A stretch of 64,000 nt of DNA, taken from the NCBI GenBank assembly GCA_013288885.1, contig JABDBA010000010.1:17435-81434 (forward strand), given 5' to 3'. A program made the position numbers and the translations under genes. The number at the start of each line of letters is the position of its first letter. Position 1 is the first letter of the stretch. This document shows positions 19,823-29,035 of the stretch, piece by piece. Under the pieces are notes generated by a model. It worked only from the letters and a program-made list of their open reading frames with translations. It was not told the origin of the DNA and did no database searches. Source of the stretch: Gammaproteobacteria bacterium (GTDB taxonomy: Bacteria > Pseudomonadota > Gammaproteobacteria > JABDBA01).

Positions 19823-20020
19823 TTACTGCGAAGACGTGTCAATATCAGGAAAAATCACGTTTTCTTCCCGTTTAAGTGACGCCGGATCAAGGTTTTTTTG
19901 TGAAAGAAAGCTATAAATTTTATCGTAGCTGTTCTTATGTACGGTGTATGAGAAATGATGCTCTTTTTGGGCCATGTCCATTTGATTATGATTATTTGTA
20001 TCGTGGGTTTCGTGTGTCAT
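19823..20020 (-). CDS. small hypothetical protein
   Basis: 65 aa with GGAGG 5 nt upstream of the ATG. Same strand as its neighbours. Confidence 0.45.
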   Translation of the reverse strand: MTHETHDTNNHNQMDMAQKEHHFSYTVHKNSYDKIYSFLSQKNLDPASLKREENVIFPDIDTSSQ

Positions 20021-20127
20021 ATTGCCTCCGTGCTGCTATATCGTTAGTTGAAAGCAAGGTTAGCATACTACACATTGCGAAAACAATAGGTTATTAACCA
20101 TAAATCATGTCAGATTATTGCTTACAT

Positions 20128-20529
20128 CTAACCGTGCTGGTGTTTTGATGAAGGCGGCAATTTTGGGTCATTGCTGGCAGTTTTTACACTCAATTTAGGG
20201 TTAATTTTTAGAATGGCATCTTTAATTTCTTGCCGTGTTTTAGGCTCTGATAATGTAGATACTTTCTGTAGCAGGATTTTCATTTTATTGTCCATCTGCG
20301 TTGCTAATTTATTATCATCAAATTTAATGATATCAGATCCGTTCGATTGTATGCGTTGGGCTTCTGGGGTTTTGGTATTAGCGTGTTTAACCGAAGTTTC
20401 TGCGCCATGTAATAATTCCTGCATAGTGATGGTTAGATTAGTGAGTAACTTTGTATCACTTTCGCCATAATGTTTTTCCACCAGTTCCATGGCTGTATTG
20501 AGTTGAGTTAAATCTATAGTAGTAGACAT
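20128..20529 (-). CDS. hypothetical protein
   Basis: Start moved to MSTTIDLTQ (ATG 20529, AGGAGGA upstream). No domain recognised. Confidence 0.5.
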   Translation of the reverse strand: MSTTIDLTQLNTAMELVEKHYGESDTKLLTNLTITMQELLHGAETSVKHANTKTPEAQRIQSNGSDIIKFDDNKLATQMDNKMKILLQKVSTLSEPKTRQEIKDAILKINPKLSVKTASNDPKLPPSSKHQHG

Positions 20530-20622
20530 TTTATCCTCCTTCGCATGAAGCGCAGCAAATTCTGTCTCCACTTTAGGTATAGTAGAGGTTTTTGAGATTG
20601 TCAAACACACAGCATTGGTCAA

Positions 20623-20946
20623 TCATTCTTTCTTCTCTTCTTTTTTCTTGCCGCATTTGCAGCAACAAGAAATGCAATTATAGAAGAAAGCAACCAGCAC
20701 ACCCACAACGAATAAGTCGACAAATCCCCAGCCAGCGCCGATAAATGCGCCTACTAAACTTGGGGCATAACCGAGATATAATTCGCTGATGACATGCACC
20801 GTGTTGGCTCCCCAATGAGCTAGCCATGCAACCAAACTTAAGATAAACATAGCTAATCCCCAGGTAATACCAAATGCTAGACCAAAACTAACAGGGCATA
20901 ATCGTCCGCCACCGCACGACCCACCACATTCGCTCGCGCATTTCAT
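20623..20946 (-). CDS. Cys-rich small membrane protein
   Basis: Start at MKCASECGGSCGGG (ATG 20946, GGAGGG upstream). Three hydrophobic helices and a C-terminal CISCCCKCGKKKEEKKE. Confidence 0.55.
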   Translation of the reverse strand: MKCASECGGSCGGGRLCPVSFGLAFGITWGLAMFILSLVAWLAHWGANTVHVISELYLGYAPSLVGAFIGAGWGFVDLFVVGVLVAFFYNCISCCCKCGKKKEEKKE

Positions 20947-21140
20947 ATACGTACCCTCCATTTCAAGAAACACATCTCCATCACCTTAAAGTATAGCTTA
21001 TTTTGGTTGAAATGATTGCCTCGTTGATTAATCTTTTATTAATCTATAGAATAACGATAATCTTTAAAATTACTTACCTTAAGGTGAATGTATGGCGCTA
21101 TTAAAAGTATTAAAAAAATATTGCTGATCATTCCACAAGA

Positions 21141-22115
21141 ATGAAATTATTATCGACCGTTACTGGCGTTATTACCATTAAGGGTTGTGCTGACATGGTT
21201 TTTTATGGTTCAGATGTTTTATCGATAACTCATGAATTTTATAATAGAGAGGTAGCAACGTCCATCATCAAAGAAATAGGCTTTGAAAATTCGGTTAGTA
21301 TGGTGCTGCCTTTTGTGCCTAACAAAAAAGATTCTACCTCGCAGCTAAAAATGTACCGCCCTGCAGGCATTGAGAAATCGGTATTTACCATTGTTAAAGA
21401 AAATGGATTTAGTGGTGAGCTTATAAAAGCCTATTGGTATTTTGTTGTTAATGGTACTGATGGAAAATATCTAAATGAAGCTTACCAAGAGCAACTAATA
21501 TCTTTTAAAGAGGTCCTCCATAATTTATTGCGCCGACCAGAAGAGCGCACACCGCATATTGCATTTAATAAAACAGGCGATTATCAAAAGATAGAGCAGG
21601 CGATCTTGGATGAGAAGGATTTTATTAAAAATAAACATGTCAATAATTTTCTATTGTTTTTACATCGTCAAATGACAAGTCCAACAGGAGATGATTGTCA
21701 GAGAGTAGCTAGCGATATTTTACAGTTTGTTAAAAATGAAAAAGGTATGTATCTCAATTTTGTGCTGCTAATGGGGCCCGCTGATCAAATAGCACACAAA
21801 GCTCCCCCAAGTGCTCCAGCAGATGGTAATCCTGCCAATAGTAAGGAAGTTGCTTCTGAAGATGTTGAACATAAACAAGAGGAATTTAAAGGAGAAATCA
21901 CTGATACCATCTTCAGGCAAGCTGAACCCAAACAATCAAGCTCTGCTTCAGGTAACCCTCCAGTGTCACCACCGTCACAAACTGCCGCGCCTCGTCTACG
22001 CTTCTTTAACCTCCGTGTTATTACTAACTTTTCTGCCTCTAGTGCTTTTATTCCTATTGGTGCTTCAGCAGGCTCGGGGCCAGTGAGGGCAAGGACGCCA
22101 TCGCCGTCATCTTAA
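21141..22115 (+). CDS. hypothetical protein with Pro/Ser-rich C-terminus (orphan, effector-like)
   Basis: 324-aa ORF. No domain recognised. Confidence 0.5.
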   Translation: MKLLSTVTGVITIKGCADMVFYGSDVLSITHEFYNREVATSIIKEIGFENSVSMVLPFVPNKKDSTSQLKMYRPAGIEKSVFTIVKENGFSGELIKAYWYFVVNGTDGKYLNEAYQEQLISFKEVLHNLLRRPEERTPHIAFNKTGDYQKIEQAILDEKDFIKNKHVNNFLLFLHRQMTSPTGDDCQRVASDILQFVKNEKGMYLNFVLLMGPADQIAHKAPPSAPADGNPANSKEVASEDVEHKQEEFKGEITDTIFRQAEPKQSSSASGNPPVSPPSQTAAPRLRFFNLRVITNFSASSAFIPIGASAGSGPVRARTPSPSS

Positions 22116-22208
22116 TCGTCATTGCTTCTGCCTTTCGAAAATGTGCTATGCTCTATTCTGCGAGATGGACAGCAAATTCAATAAGGGTTTATTACGGTGT
22201 AAAAAATA

Positions 22209-23240
22209 ATGAAAATTTTAACCCTAAACTGTTGGCCTGCTTTTATTTTTTTCTTATGTTTTTTTCTTACGGCAAGTTATCCAGTCTACGCCGACCCCCA
22301 GCAGCCCAAATTATTTTTATTTTTTGATCCAACATTTGAATCAAAGCTTGAGCACTATAAAAATATTCTTGTCAATCCTTCAGTAAGTGGGGCGCAGGTG
22401 GTTTACACATGGAATGAGTTAGAACCTAAAAAGGGTGTATATGATTTCTCTAAAATCAAAAAAGATTTACTTTTTCTTAATGGCATACATAAGCAACTTT
22501 TTATTCAATTGCAGGATCGATCATTCAAACCCAACGTATTCTATGTTCCTGACTACATAAGATTTGATAAAACTTATCAAGGCGGTGTGGCGATGCAACA
22601 TGATTTTCCTGGTGAAGGAAAACCAATTACTATCGGGTGGGTTGCAAGGACATGGGATCCAGCAGTACGAGTGCGTTTTCAGTTGCTCATTAAAAAATTG
22701 GCTGAGCAGTTTAATGGAAAAATATATGGAATCAATCTGCCCGAAACTGCAGCCGATTTTGATATTACCCAACCCCCTATGACATTTACCCCAGATAAGT
22801 ATTTTTATGCCGAATTAGAGAACATGGCTGTGTTACGAATAGAATTTAAAAAAAGTGTGGTAATACAATATGTAAATTTTTTTCCAGGTGAATGGAACAA
22901 CGATCACAACTACATGCAAAGGTTGTTTTCTTACGCTATGAAGCATCATATTGGCTTGGGCGGCCCTGATGTTGTGCCTTATAGAAAAAGTCAAATGAAA
23001 AATAGTTACCCGTTTTTTTATAAATATAAAAGCAAGATAAATGTAGTGGGTATGGCGATACAAGCACCAGACTATAGTTATATTAATTCTGAGACGGGTC
23101 GTCCGTATAGTTTTTCAGAATTCTATTTGTTTGCAACGAACTATTTAGGGGCGTCGATCCTATTTTGGAATGTGCAAGAGCCATTTTTTTCTAACGAACT
23201 TGTACCTAAGTTAAATAAGCGCTATTTTAATGCTGGATGA
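22209..23240 (+). CDS. secreted protein, possibly TIM-barrel glycoside-hydrolase-like
   Basis: Signal peptide. YTWNELEPKKGVYDFS resembles the W-x-x-x-EP-x-x-G-x-Y-D-F block of GH35/GH42-type enzymes. This is motif-level evidence only. Confidence 0.4.
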   Translation: MKILTLNCWPAFIFFLCFFLTASYPVYADPQQPKLFLFFDPTFESKLEHYKNILVNPSVSGAQVVYTWNELEPKKGVYDFSKIKKDLLFLNGIHKQLFIQLQDRSFKPNVFYVPDYIRFDKTYQGGVAMQHDFPGEGKPITIGWVARTWDPAVRVRFQLLIKKLAEQFNGKIYGINLPETAADFDITQPPMTFTPDKYFYAELENMAVLRIEFKKSVVIQYVNFFPGEWNNDHNYMQRLFSYAMKHHIGLGGPDVVPYRKSQMKNSYPFFYKYKSKINVVGMAIQAPDYSYINSETGRPYSFSEFYLFATNYLGASILFWNVQEPFFSNELVPKLNKRYFNAG

Positions 23241-23341
23241 TGAAACTTCGCGAGTAAATGTATTAACGCATTAGAATACAAATTAATCAAACAAAACGAG
23301 TGATGAAAACCCATGCCAACCCTATTACAAGCTAGATTACA

Positions 23342-23369
23342 GTGCCACGTCTGGAATAAAGAATAAGAG
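23342..23369. repeat. palindromic element (same family), solo half-site copy 4
   Basis: GTGCCACGTCTGGAATAAAGAATAAGAG. Only one arm is present. Confidence 0.6.
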
Positions 23370-23482
23370 TAATTAATGTGAGAATCGTTCTCTATAGCGC
23401 CCTGCCGTGATTCTTGCACTGGAGCAAGAGGATATTTCGATTTGGTGATGATATGGATAGCCAAATGTGGCTCCTTGTTGCA

Positions 23483-23683
23483 TTATCTAGTCCAAGGTTC
23501 ACCTTTATGGTTTCGGTGTCTGTGACCCCCTGGGGTATGATTATGATGATGTTTAGCTTGAGATATTTGGTATTGACCCACAAGTAATCCGTTATCGAAG
23601 CTAATCGCCGATGCTGCTATTGGCGTTAACCCAACTATCACGCTTATCATTATCGTTGTTATTGCCTTAGTCAATATGCTCAT
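23483..23683 (-). CDS. small secreted His-rich protein
   Basis: 66 aa with AGGAGG upstream, a signal peptide, and a tail HHHNHTPGGHRHRNHKGE. Confidence 0.5.
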   Translation of the reverse strand: MSILTKAITTIMISVIVGLTPIAASAISFDNGLLVGQYQISQAKHHHNHTPGGHRHRNHKGEPWTR

Positions 23684-24267
23684 GTTGTACCTCCTTGGAA
23701 CTAAGTCTTATATTATAAGTTTAGTTCAACATACATGAATAGCAAGTTTATCTGAGTTTTTATGGTTAAAGGCTCTCTAACCAACCAGATGGTTTATTAA
23801 ACGTTTGCTCAATTAAAGCGGCCAGTTTATCCCCGATATTTTTGCGCGGGTTCGGTGATATTAGATGGCTAAGCTGTGGTTGCGACCTTCCATGACATTA
23901 CCAATTACCTTAATGGTAAATATCAAGAAATGGTTTGTTGTCAGATAAAGTCTTACTGAAAAGTAGTTGTTATAGGTGTATCTTCTTACGTGCTTATTTT
24001 TTTAAAATATAGGATTGGCTAAATTAGCTAAAAAATATGGGCTGCCAGATCGTGAAACAGTGCGCACAATGTTAACCTTTAATTTGATATTTACCATGTG
24101 CTTAGCTTTTTTCCCATTTTATTTTTTCTATATAATATCCAATATTAAGGATTCGGTGAATTTAATGATGATGCCGAAGAAACAGTTTGTGGATGCTCAT
24201 TTTCTCTAGGCTGCCTCTGATTTGGTAACTGTGCGTCTCTTGCATTTTGTTGTGTACTAATCGTTAG

Positions 24268-27200
24268 TTAAGAAAAACTTCTATTTAAGAAGCTTAACGT
24301 AGAAGGTGCTGTAAATGAAGGAGTTATTTGCTGTGGTAAATTGATGCTTGGTGCAGTAGCACTGGTAGATGCACTTGATGTAAAAAACGAGTGCATATTA
24401 GCAGATGTGCTAGAGGTTGCTGTTATTACCAAAGTAGAAGAGGATGATGAAAAACGTGAGTGATCATTTGAAGGACTATTACCTGATAGGCTACTACTGC
24501 TAGATGATACAGATGGAGTTGGACTGGGTCTTGAAATAGCTGTTTGTGGAGCAGCAGTAAAATTATCAATTATTGCTCTTTCGATACGATTTTGAATTGA
24601 TTCAGTTGCTATCAAGCCAGGGCCACGTATAAGTGATTGGTAGTGTTGCCCTACCTCGTAGCCTAAATAAAGAATTGCAACAGGATTGGGTCGTCTAAAT
24701 ATTTCTGGATCTGCTTCGTCGCTTCTAATAATCACTAATGTTACATTCAAGGCCCTTGATAACGCTAAAATCATTTGATGGTCAGCCCATTTGTTTTTTT
24801 GTATGAGGTTTGCAATAAAAGCATCTATTTCTCCTTCAGCCGAATCTTTGTAGACGTCCCAATTTTTTAGGATGTGTTCGGCAGCTAATGCCCTAAGTTC
24901 CCTATGTGTATAAGCTGCATAATGAGTTCCATGTGTTTGTAATTGATGAGCCACAGCATGTAGAAAACAATTACCATCACGTTTGCTATCTTCATCGTTA
25001 TACGTAAAACCGAAAATTTTTGCTTTGGCGGCTAATTCTTTGCCTCTAGGATTATCTTTTATAGATGCTTCTATGGCGTGGGCTTCTGCTATATCATTAC
25101 CCCACAAGGCCATAGCATTGATGAGTTCTTGGCAAACAGGATCAACTATGGTGGACATATTTTTTTCATCCTTTGTTTCCTGATAATTCCAGCCAGGTTG
25201 ATTGCCTTGTTGACTAGTAACCAATTTATTTGTTTCTTGAGTCTGACTACTAGTTGAACTGCTAGTCGGAAGGGTTATCTGACCTGCGGTTGGCTGGCGA
25301 GGTTGGAGGCGTACTGGATCAACAGATGGAGGTATTTGCCTAATTGGGCCTCTTTTTTGCTGAGAGAAGCTTTGCATTTTGCTATTGATAATATTCTTGG
25401 CAATTTCTCGTTTTGCTGCTTGCTTGTTTGTATCTCCACCAAATATTGATGCATTTAGAACAGAAACATCACCTATTTTGATCGTTTTTGTTTTCCCTTT
25501 GTCTGCGACTACTTTGTCAAGCTCATCAGTAGATTGACATATTCTTCTTACTTCATTTTCTAACTTTATATCTAGAAATCTTATTTCATGGACGCCTGCT
25601 AATTGATGTGACAAATTTCTACCCAATAACCATCGTATGTTTTGTAAAACATGAACTTGATTTTGACTATCATGATGACCTGCTGTGAATGGTCGTAAAT
25701 CAGGTTCAGCGGTTGGTTTATCTTCATAGCTAAGATAAAAAAGTTCCCCTTGTTTTTCGGTGCGAACAATTCTTTGTGCCATATTAAGAGCAAGTACTTC
25801 ATAATATGCACAAAGCCATTCCTTAAGTAACTCGACAACTTTTTTTCGTTCATCGCTTTCAACTGTCGTTCTAATAATTAAGTATCGAAAACAAGCATAT
25901 AAGGTTTCATCCATTCCATATTTAACCGCATAGATATTTTTATACGGTTTATTAAAAGAAGGAAATTTGATATTAAACTGATATACAACATGATCTGCAG
26001 GGATGTCACCAATAAAGGAGGTTTCAACTTCGGGTGCAATGTTATGATCAACAGGCACTTGACCCGCATAATTCATTTGTGTTACGCGATTAATAGAGGC
26101 TTCACTAATAAATTCTCCCATCTCATGCAAAACAATATATAATTTTCCTGCATGAGAGTTTCCAATGCTACCATCTTGATTATAGCGTGCTACAAAGCCA
26201 TATTCATAATAATCCTTAAGACCACAAGCATATTTTAAACTATGATATGGCCTATCGCCCGTTGCAATAGCATAATTAAATGCATTAATAAACTTACTTC
26301 CACAAAAATTATTTGCTTCTCGAAATCTTTTTATTCTTAATAAGTGTGAACTTATTCCATTACTAAAATCATGCTGTAAATAATCACTCACAGAATTAAA
26401 TACATAATGATCGGTTGATGGTTTTACAGTGCGAGCGACGCAGGCTCCAGTTTCTCGTAAACTTTGGTAAGAAGCTCGCAAGTTGTACGCGGTTACCTCT
26501 AATCTCCTCAATACAGTCAGATCACGATAAAAATCGTTATCTCCTCTCAGTTCAGTGTAAAAGTCATAATATAAAGTTCTAAGTACAGATTCACAGAACT
26601 GAGGACGCCCGACTTCCTGCATACTGTAGTGATAACGTCTTGCAGATGTTGACCAGCGATCACGCATATAATTTATGCCACGAAATTGAGCAACATATTT
26701 CTTTTTTATTGTCTTATCTTGGCCTTGAAGCTGTCCACGTGCCTTCAAATAATCGCTGCCTTTAATAGCGTCACTTAATTCTTTAATCTTCTCTAAAGTT
26801 GGTGTGGTTGCATTAGTTCTAATTTTATCCATTTTTAAATTTAGAGCACCACTACCCCCTGTATCACTACGGCGCGTACTTCTCCAAAAGGATGGGCTAT
26901 GTAAATTTCGAATAGAACGATGCTGTTTGCTTTTTTCCGTCAAGCCATGTTCTAAAAGTTCTTCGTCGTCTGAATCCGAATCATCAGATTCATCATAAAC
27001 GGGATAGCGCTCTAATTCTTTAGCGGCGCTTGTATATCCAATTTCTAATTGTTTATCTATTTGTTGATATTCAGGTTTAAAAAAAGAGATAAGGCGCCAT
27101 ATATTTGCAAGTCTTCTTTGTTTTTCTTGGGCTCTTGATTCACTCCCTAAAGCCAGATCGCGGTCAGGATGACGACTAACTTCTATGTTTCTATCCTTAA

Positions 27201-28347
27201 TAACCCATTGACCCAAAATAGATTCTGTCAAATACATGTCCATCAATTTAGGTAAAAAATCAGTGTTAACTGATAAAAACCATGATTTGCTATCACCCAA
27301 GCGTTGAATAAATAATTGTCCAAATTCATAATTATTTTTATTAAACGTTTTTAATATAATTTCGGCAAATAATTGGGGATTTCTTTGCAGTAAAGAAAAA
27401 ATTAAATTAACAAGCTCAATTAAAGCAGAACATTGTGGATAGTTTAAATACTCCTTACTTACTTCTAGAAAAAATGGGGCGATCCATCTAGTCAATTTTT
27501 TAATATCCGGTAAACACCTTATATGTACATCTAAAAGCAATGAGGTAATTGTACAGCAAGGGCTAGCATCCGTATTTTCCATTAAAACTTCGGAAGCCAA
27601 GATACAATCTAGCGGAGATTGACAGACGTTATTTGTACGTCCTAATAATCCTAAAGGATCTCTACCTTGGCCAGCAAAAGATAAAAACGTCGCTATATTT
27701 TCCAACAAGAACCGAACGATATGCGCATGACCGTATTCAATCGATAATAGTAATGGATTATTTCCTGAATTATCGGTAGTATCAATAAGAGCTCTTTGAT
27801 TTTCCAGTAAATATTGAACGATAGGTAAATAACCTTTTTCAGTAGCTATCAGTAGCGCCTCATTGCCCGCAGGAAAGATACCGCCACCAGTAAATTCGAA
27901 GGGTTCTTCAAGCATAAATTGTACTATATTTAGTTGACAGTATCGGGTCGCTTGATATAAAACATCTCCTATGCATTTTAGGTTTGCGTCCTTATCTGTA
28001 AACGCTGGGCAGTTATTTTTAAATAGCCCTCGTAATGTGGCTATATGAATTTTAAGTTTTTCTAAATCACCTTTTTCCGCATTATCAAGCAAATCTTCTT
28101 GTAGGTTTTTTTGTAATATTTTCCCATTGTGATCTAAAACAGATCTTATCTCTTTGATAAAATTTTCTTGCTCTTGTGAACTTAAATCATGTGTAACATG
28201 TACTACGGATACGTTATCAGGATTTTTTAATGCTTGGCCTAACACACGTAATTGTTCGGCAGTAATGCCAGTACCTTGCAGATCAATAATCATTAAAGAA
28301 TTGTGTTCAATTCCTTCCAACAGGGCTGTAAATTGTTCGGGATTCAT
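24268..28347 (-). CDS. LRR-like cap / ankyrin repeat / unknown central region / OTU deubiquitinase-like domain protein
   Basis: 1359 aa with AGGAG upstream. ANK units span approx nt 27700-28090 (NNPLLLSIEYGHAHIVRFLLEN). OTU motifs DGNCFLHAVAH (~24947-24978), KWADHQMILALS and GQHYQSL (~24631-24645). Ser-rich C-terminal tail. Confidence 0.85.
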   Translation of the reverse strand: MNPEQFTALLEGIEHNSLMIIDLQGTGITAEQLRVLGQALKNPDNVSVVHVTHDLSSQEQENFIKEIRSVLDHNGKILQKNLQEDLLDNAEKGDLEKLKIHIATLRGLFKNNCPAFTDKDANLKCIGDVLYQATRYCQLNIVQFMLEEPFEFTGGGIFPAGNEALLIATEKGYLPIVQYLLENQRALIDTTDNSGNNPLLLSIEYGHAHIVRFLLENIATFLSFAGQGRDPLGLLGRTNNVCQSPLDCILASEVLMENTDASPCCTITSLLLDVHIRCLPDIKKLTRWIAPFFLEVSKEYLNYPQCSALIELVNLIFSLLQRNPQLFAEIILKTFNKNNYEFGQLFIQRLGDSKSWFLSVNTDFLPKLMDMYLTESILGQWVIKDRNIEVSRHPDRDLALGSESRAQEKQRRLANIWRLISFFKPEYQQIDKQLEIGYTSAAKELERYPVYDESDDSDSDDEELLEHGLTEKSKQHRSIRNLHSPSFWRSTRRSDTGGSGALNLKMDKIRTNATTPTLEKIKELSDAIKGSDYLKARGQLQGQDKTIKKKYVAQFRGINYMRDRWSTSARRYHYSMQEVGRPQFCESVLRTLYYDFYTELRGDNDFYRDLTVLRRLEVTAYNLRASYQSLRETGACVARTVKPSTDHYVFNSVSDYLQHDFSNGISSHLLRIKRFREANNFCGSKFINAFNYAIATGDRPYHSLKYACGLKDYYEYGFVARYNQDGSIGNSHAGKLYIVLHEMGEFISEASINRVTQMNYAGQVPVDHNIAPEVETSFIGDIPADHVVYQFNIKFPSFNKPYKNIYAVKYGMDETLYACFRYLIIRTTVESDERKKVVELLKEWLCAYYEVLALNMAQRIVRTEKQGELFYLSYEDKPTAEPDLRPFTAGHHDSQNQVHVLQNIRWLLGRNLSHQLAGVHEIRFLDIKLENEVRRICQSTDELDKVVADKGKTKTIKIGDVSVLNASIFGGDTNKQAAKREIAKNIINSKMQSFSQQKRGPIRQIPPSVDPVRLQPRQPTAGQITLPTSSSTSSQTQETNKLVTSQQGNQPGWNYQETKDEKNMSTIVDPVCQELINAMALWGNDIAEAHAIEASIKDNPRGKELAAKAKIFGFTYNDEDSKRDGNCFLHAVAHQLQTHGTHYAAYTHRELRALAAEHILKNWDVYKDSAEGEIDAFIANLIQKNKWADHQMILALSRALNVTLVIIRSDEADPEIFRRPNPVAILYLGYEVGQHYQSLIRGPGLIATESIQNRIERAIIDNFTAAPQTAISRPSPTPSVSSSSSSLSGNSPSNDHSRFSSSSSTLVITATSSTSANMHSFFTSSASTSATAPSINLPQQITPSFTAPSTLSFLNRSFS

Positions 28348-29035
28348 CTATTACTCCTAATACGTATAATCTAAGTATGTAAATAACAAATCTAAGCTTA
28401 AACTTTTTTCTATGTTATTGCCAGCCTCACTCTATTAATCGAAAAAGCCGAGCTTGCAAAGTAGCATCTTTTACCTTGCCATTAGCATCTCGCATAGGTA
28501 AAAGTTCTAGCTTTGCAACAAAGCCATCATCGACTTGGATTCCTTGCAGATAGGTAAACCCCAATAATGAAAGACAAGGGGAGAAATTACCCATTTTCCA
28601 CCTCTGAGGCAACGCTTTTTTTTGTGCTAATTTCTGGCTTATAAGTGAAGTAAAAAACTGTCACGCGAGAGAAAACCCCATCCTTGGTGGGATAGTGTTA
28701 TCCCGCAAGGACAGATGTGGTTTTAAAAAAAGAAAGTAAAGAGAACTCCTCTTTCTTTCCAGTACGAATAGTGCAAGGCTATGTTACTAAATTAAAAAAC
28801 CAATCTAGAGCATAAGTACCACACTACAAAAATGATCCAAAGTTATTGCTAACTTACGCACGATACTATTTTACTCTTAGATATATGAGTGAAAAACAGG
28901 CAGGATCTCGCGTCTTACTCAACGGATTATAGTCGTGTTGGGCGGTGAGCTTACCCGTGTTTTTTGGGCAATTTTTACATTTAGTTTAATCTGCTTAGAT
29001 TGCAGCGATTGTTGGTAAACAATCAATAAAGTATT

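Noticed and set aside
24015-24209. 64-aa plus-strand ORF with a hydrophobic segment.
   Set aside because: It has a TTG start, is AT-rich and low-complexity, and has no RBS. It is too weak to call.
28427-28612. 61-aa minus-strand ORF downstream of the 994-aa gene.
   Set aside because: It has no RBS and no motif. It might be a gene remnant but cannot be supported.
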